Made by a program: the position numbers and the translations under genes. Under the pieces are notes generated by a model. It searched no databases, was not told the origin of the DNA, and saw nothing but the letters and a program-made list of their open reading frames with translations. A DNA stretch of 63,622 nt, filler included, from Chiloscyllium plagiosum (Eukaryota), in NCBI RefSeq assembly GCF_004010195.1. It is 4 parts of one record of this genome, joined end to end, with 100 filler letters (N's around TTAATTAATTAA, not from the genome) between each part and the next. Parts side by side here need not be neighbours in the genome. Positions count along the whole stretch, not along the records: positions 62,261 to 63,622 come from NC_057713.1; 3 more parts are not named here. One strand, given 5' to 3'. Shown here piece after piece: positions 62,161 to 63,622 of the stretch; the first letter of the stretch is position 1, and the number at the start of each line of letters is the position of its first letter.

Positions 62161-62260
62161 NNNNNNNNNNNNNNNNNNNNNNNNNNNNNNNNNNNNNNNN
62201 NNNNTTAATTAATTAANNNNNNNNNNNNNNNNNNNNNNNNNNNNNNNNNNNNNNNNNNNN
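62161..62260. other. Artificial contig spacer
   Basis: 44N, TTAATTAATTAA (62205-62216), 44N. Confidence 0.95.
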
Positions 62261-62630
62261 GCTGTGGGAGGGTCAGTGCTGAGGGAGTGGGTGCTGTGGG
62301 AGGGTCAGTGCTGAGGGAGTGGGTGCTGTGGGAGGGTCAGTGCTGAGGGAGTGGGTGCTGTGGGAGGGTCAGTGCTGAGGGAGTGGGTGCTGTGGGAGGG
62401 TCAGTGCTGAGGGAGTGGGTGCTGTGGGAGGGTCAGTGCTGAGGGAGTGGGTGCTGTGGGAGGGTCAGTGCTGAGGGAGTGGGTGCTGTGGGAGGGTCAG
62501 TGCTGAGGGAGTGGGTGCTGTGGGAGGGTCAGTGCTGAGGGAGTGGGTGCTGTGGGAGGGTCAGTGCTGAGGGAGTGGGTGCTGTGGGAGGGTCAGTGCT
62601 GAGGGAGGGTCAGTGCTGAGGGAGTGGGTG
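62261..62630. repeat. 32-bp G-rich minisatellite (GCTGTGGGAGGGTCAGTGCTGAGGGAGTGGGT)n
   Basis: Ten perfect units at 62261-62580, then partial units; the same motif restarts at 63600-63622. Confidence 0.97.
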
Positions 62631-63622
62631 TTGTTGGGGGCTGTGTCTTTCCAGCCAGACATTGAGTAAATCTGCGTACTCAGGCCATTGGGTGATGCCA
62701 GCACCATCCCCCGGTGGTAGAGCAGGGGAGGGGAGGGGAGGGGGGGTATGTGATCTGACCCTGAGCCCCCTCCCCGCTCCAGTACACAGGAACACCTCTC
62801 TCTGTCACGTAACCATCTGAGACTGCGTTGCACTGTCCGCCTGGAGAAAGAGTCCATTTCCCAGCGCCACGATGTGTTGGGAAGGTTTAGAAATATCACT
62901 GCTTCAAAGCACAGCATCCCCCCCACTCACCGTGACCCACGCTGTACCCCTCTCCCCCTGATACAGCCGTCTGTACAAATCCCAACTCCCACCCCCCACC
63001 CCGAGGTGCCATAGTGCAGATTGCTGTGTGTGCGCGCGTGTGTGTGATCTAACAGCCCCATCTTTCAGGAGTGATTTTTGTAATTAATCATTGCTTCCCA
63101 GAACCAGCAGCTGAATCTTCACTGCGATCATTTACGGTGAAGAAACACTTTCTTTAAAAACAAATGACTCAAAGCGCTAGAGTTGTTTCTTGACAAAAAG
63201 TGAGTCTTAACTTTGTATTGATTTCTGCTTTTTGTTTTTGAATGAAATAAAAATCCTCGAGAAATCACCGTGTGGTCCCCGGGATTTAATCTCTCTGCTC
63301 TTGTGACCCACTAAACCCTTGCTCGGGCCCGAACCGCAGCTTTCAGCTGGCTATTCGACTTGGTAAGGCCTCGTTTCTGAGGCAGCACAGCGCGTAATGG
63401 GGTTCATTATCAGGATGCACCGGGAGGTGTCTGTCACTCGATGCTTCTATCGTCTCCCTCAGCGACTCCTCATCTGTCCCTCACTCACTCCTCTCCTCCC
63501 CCCGTCCCCACCACCGCCAATTTCTCCTCGGCCCCTTCTCTGTCTCCACCATTCTGCCTCCTCTCCCTACCTTCTGCCTGCAGTCTCTCCTGTACCATCG
63601 GAGGGTCAGTGCTGAGGGAGTG

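Noticed and set aside
62261..62630. CRISPR-like array (32-bp repeats)
   Set aside because: The units are head-to-tail with no spacers, in a vertebrate context with no cas genes.
62561..62926. 121-aa minus-strand ORF
   Set aside because: No recognisable domain; it ends in minisatellite and low-complexity sequence.

Overview
Eukaryotic, repeat-dense vertebrate DNA. HE1-type V-SINEs, HER1/CR1 LINEs and the CAGTGCTGAGGGAG minisatellite point to a cartilaginous fish, most likely a shark. The window is four contigs joined by artificial 100-nt spacers (44N-TTAATTAATTAA-44N at 13547, 34542 and 62161), with two ordinary N gaps in addition. Only three host exons are visible. Two + strand exons (3430-3578, 12193-12457) splice in frame into one complete PLAT/LH2 domain, probably the long PLAT-containing form of RP1. 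The third is the 200-nt middle exon of XKR4 (39331-39530). Most of the rest is transposon-derived: about 20 CR1 fragments (one with a nearly intact zinc-finger/esterase ORF1), about 13 HE1 SINE pieces, a decayed near-full-length RTE LINE, Harbinger and Rex/Babar relics, a solo LTR and a tRNA-Gly pseudogene. The two most notable structures are (i) many Penelope-like insertions from about four lineages, carrying minimal hammerhead ribozymes and including short fold-back copies with target-site duplications (TSDs), and (ii) a Gmr1-type gypsy element (integrase before RT) whose two halves lie 11 kb apart in opposite orientations, suggesting an intronic inversion. I cannot support a wholly new biological system here. 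All calls were made by eye and repeat boundaries are approximate.
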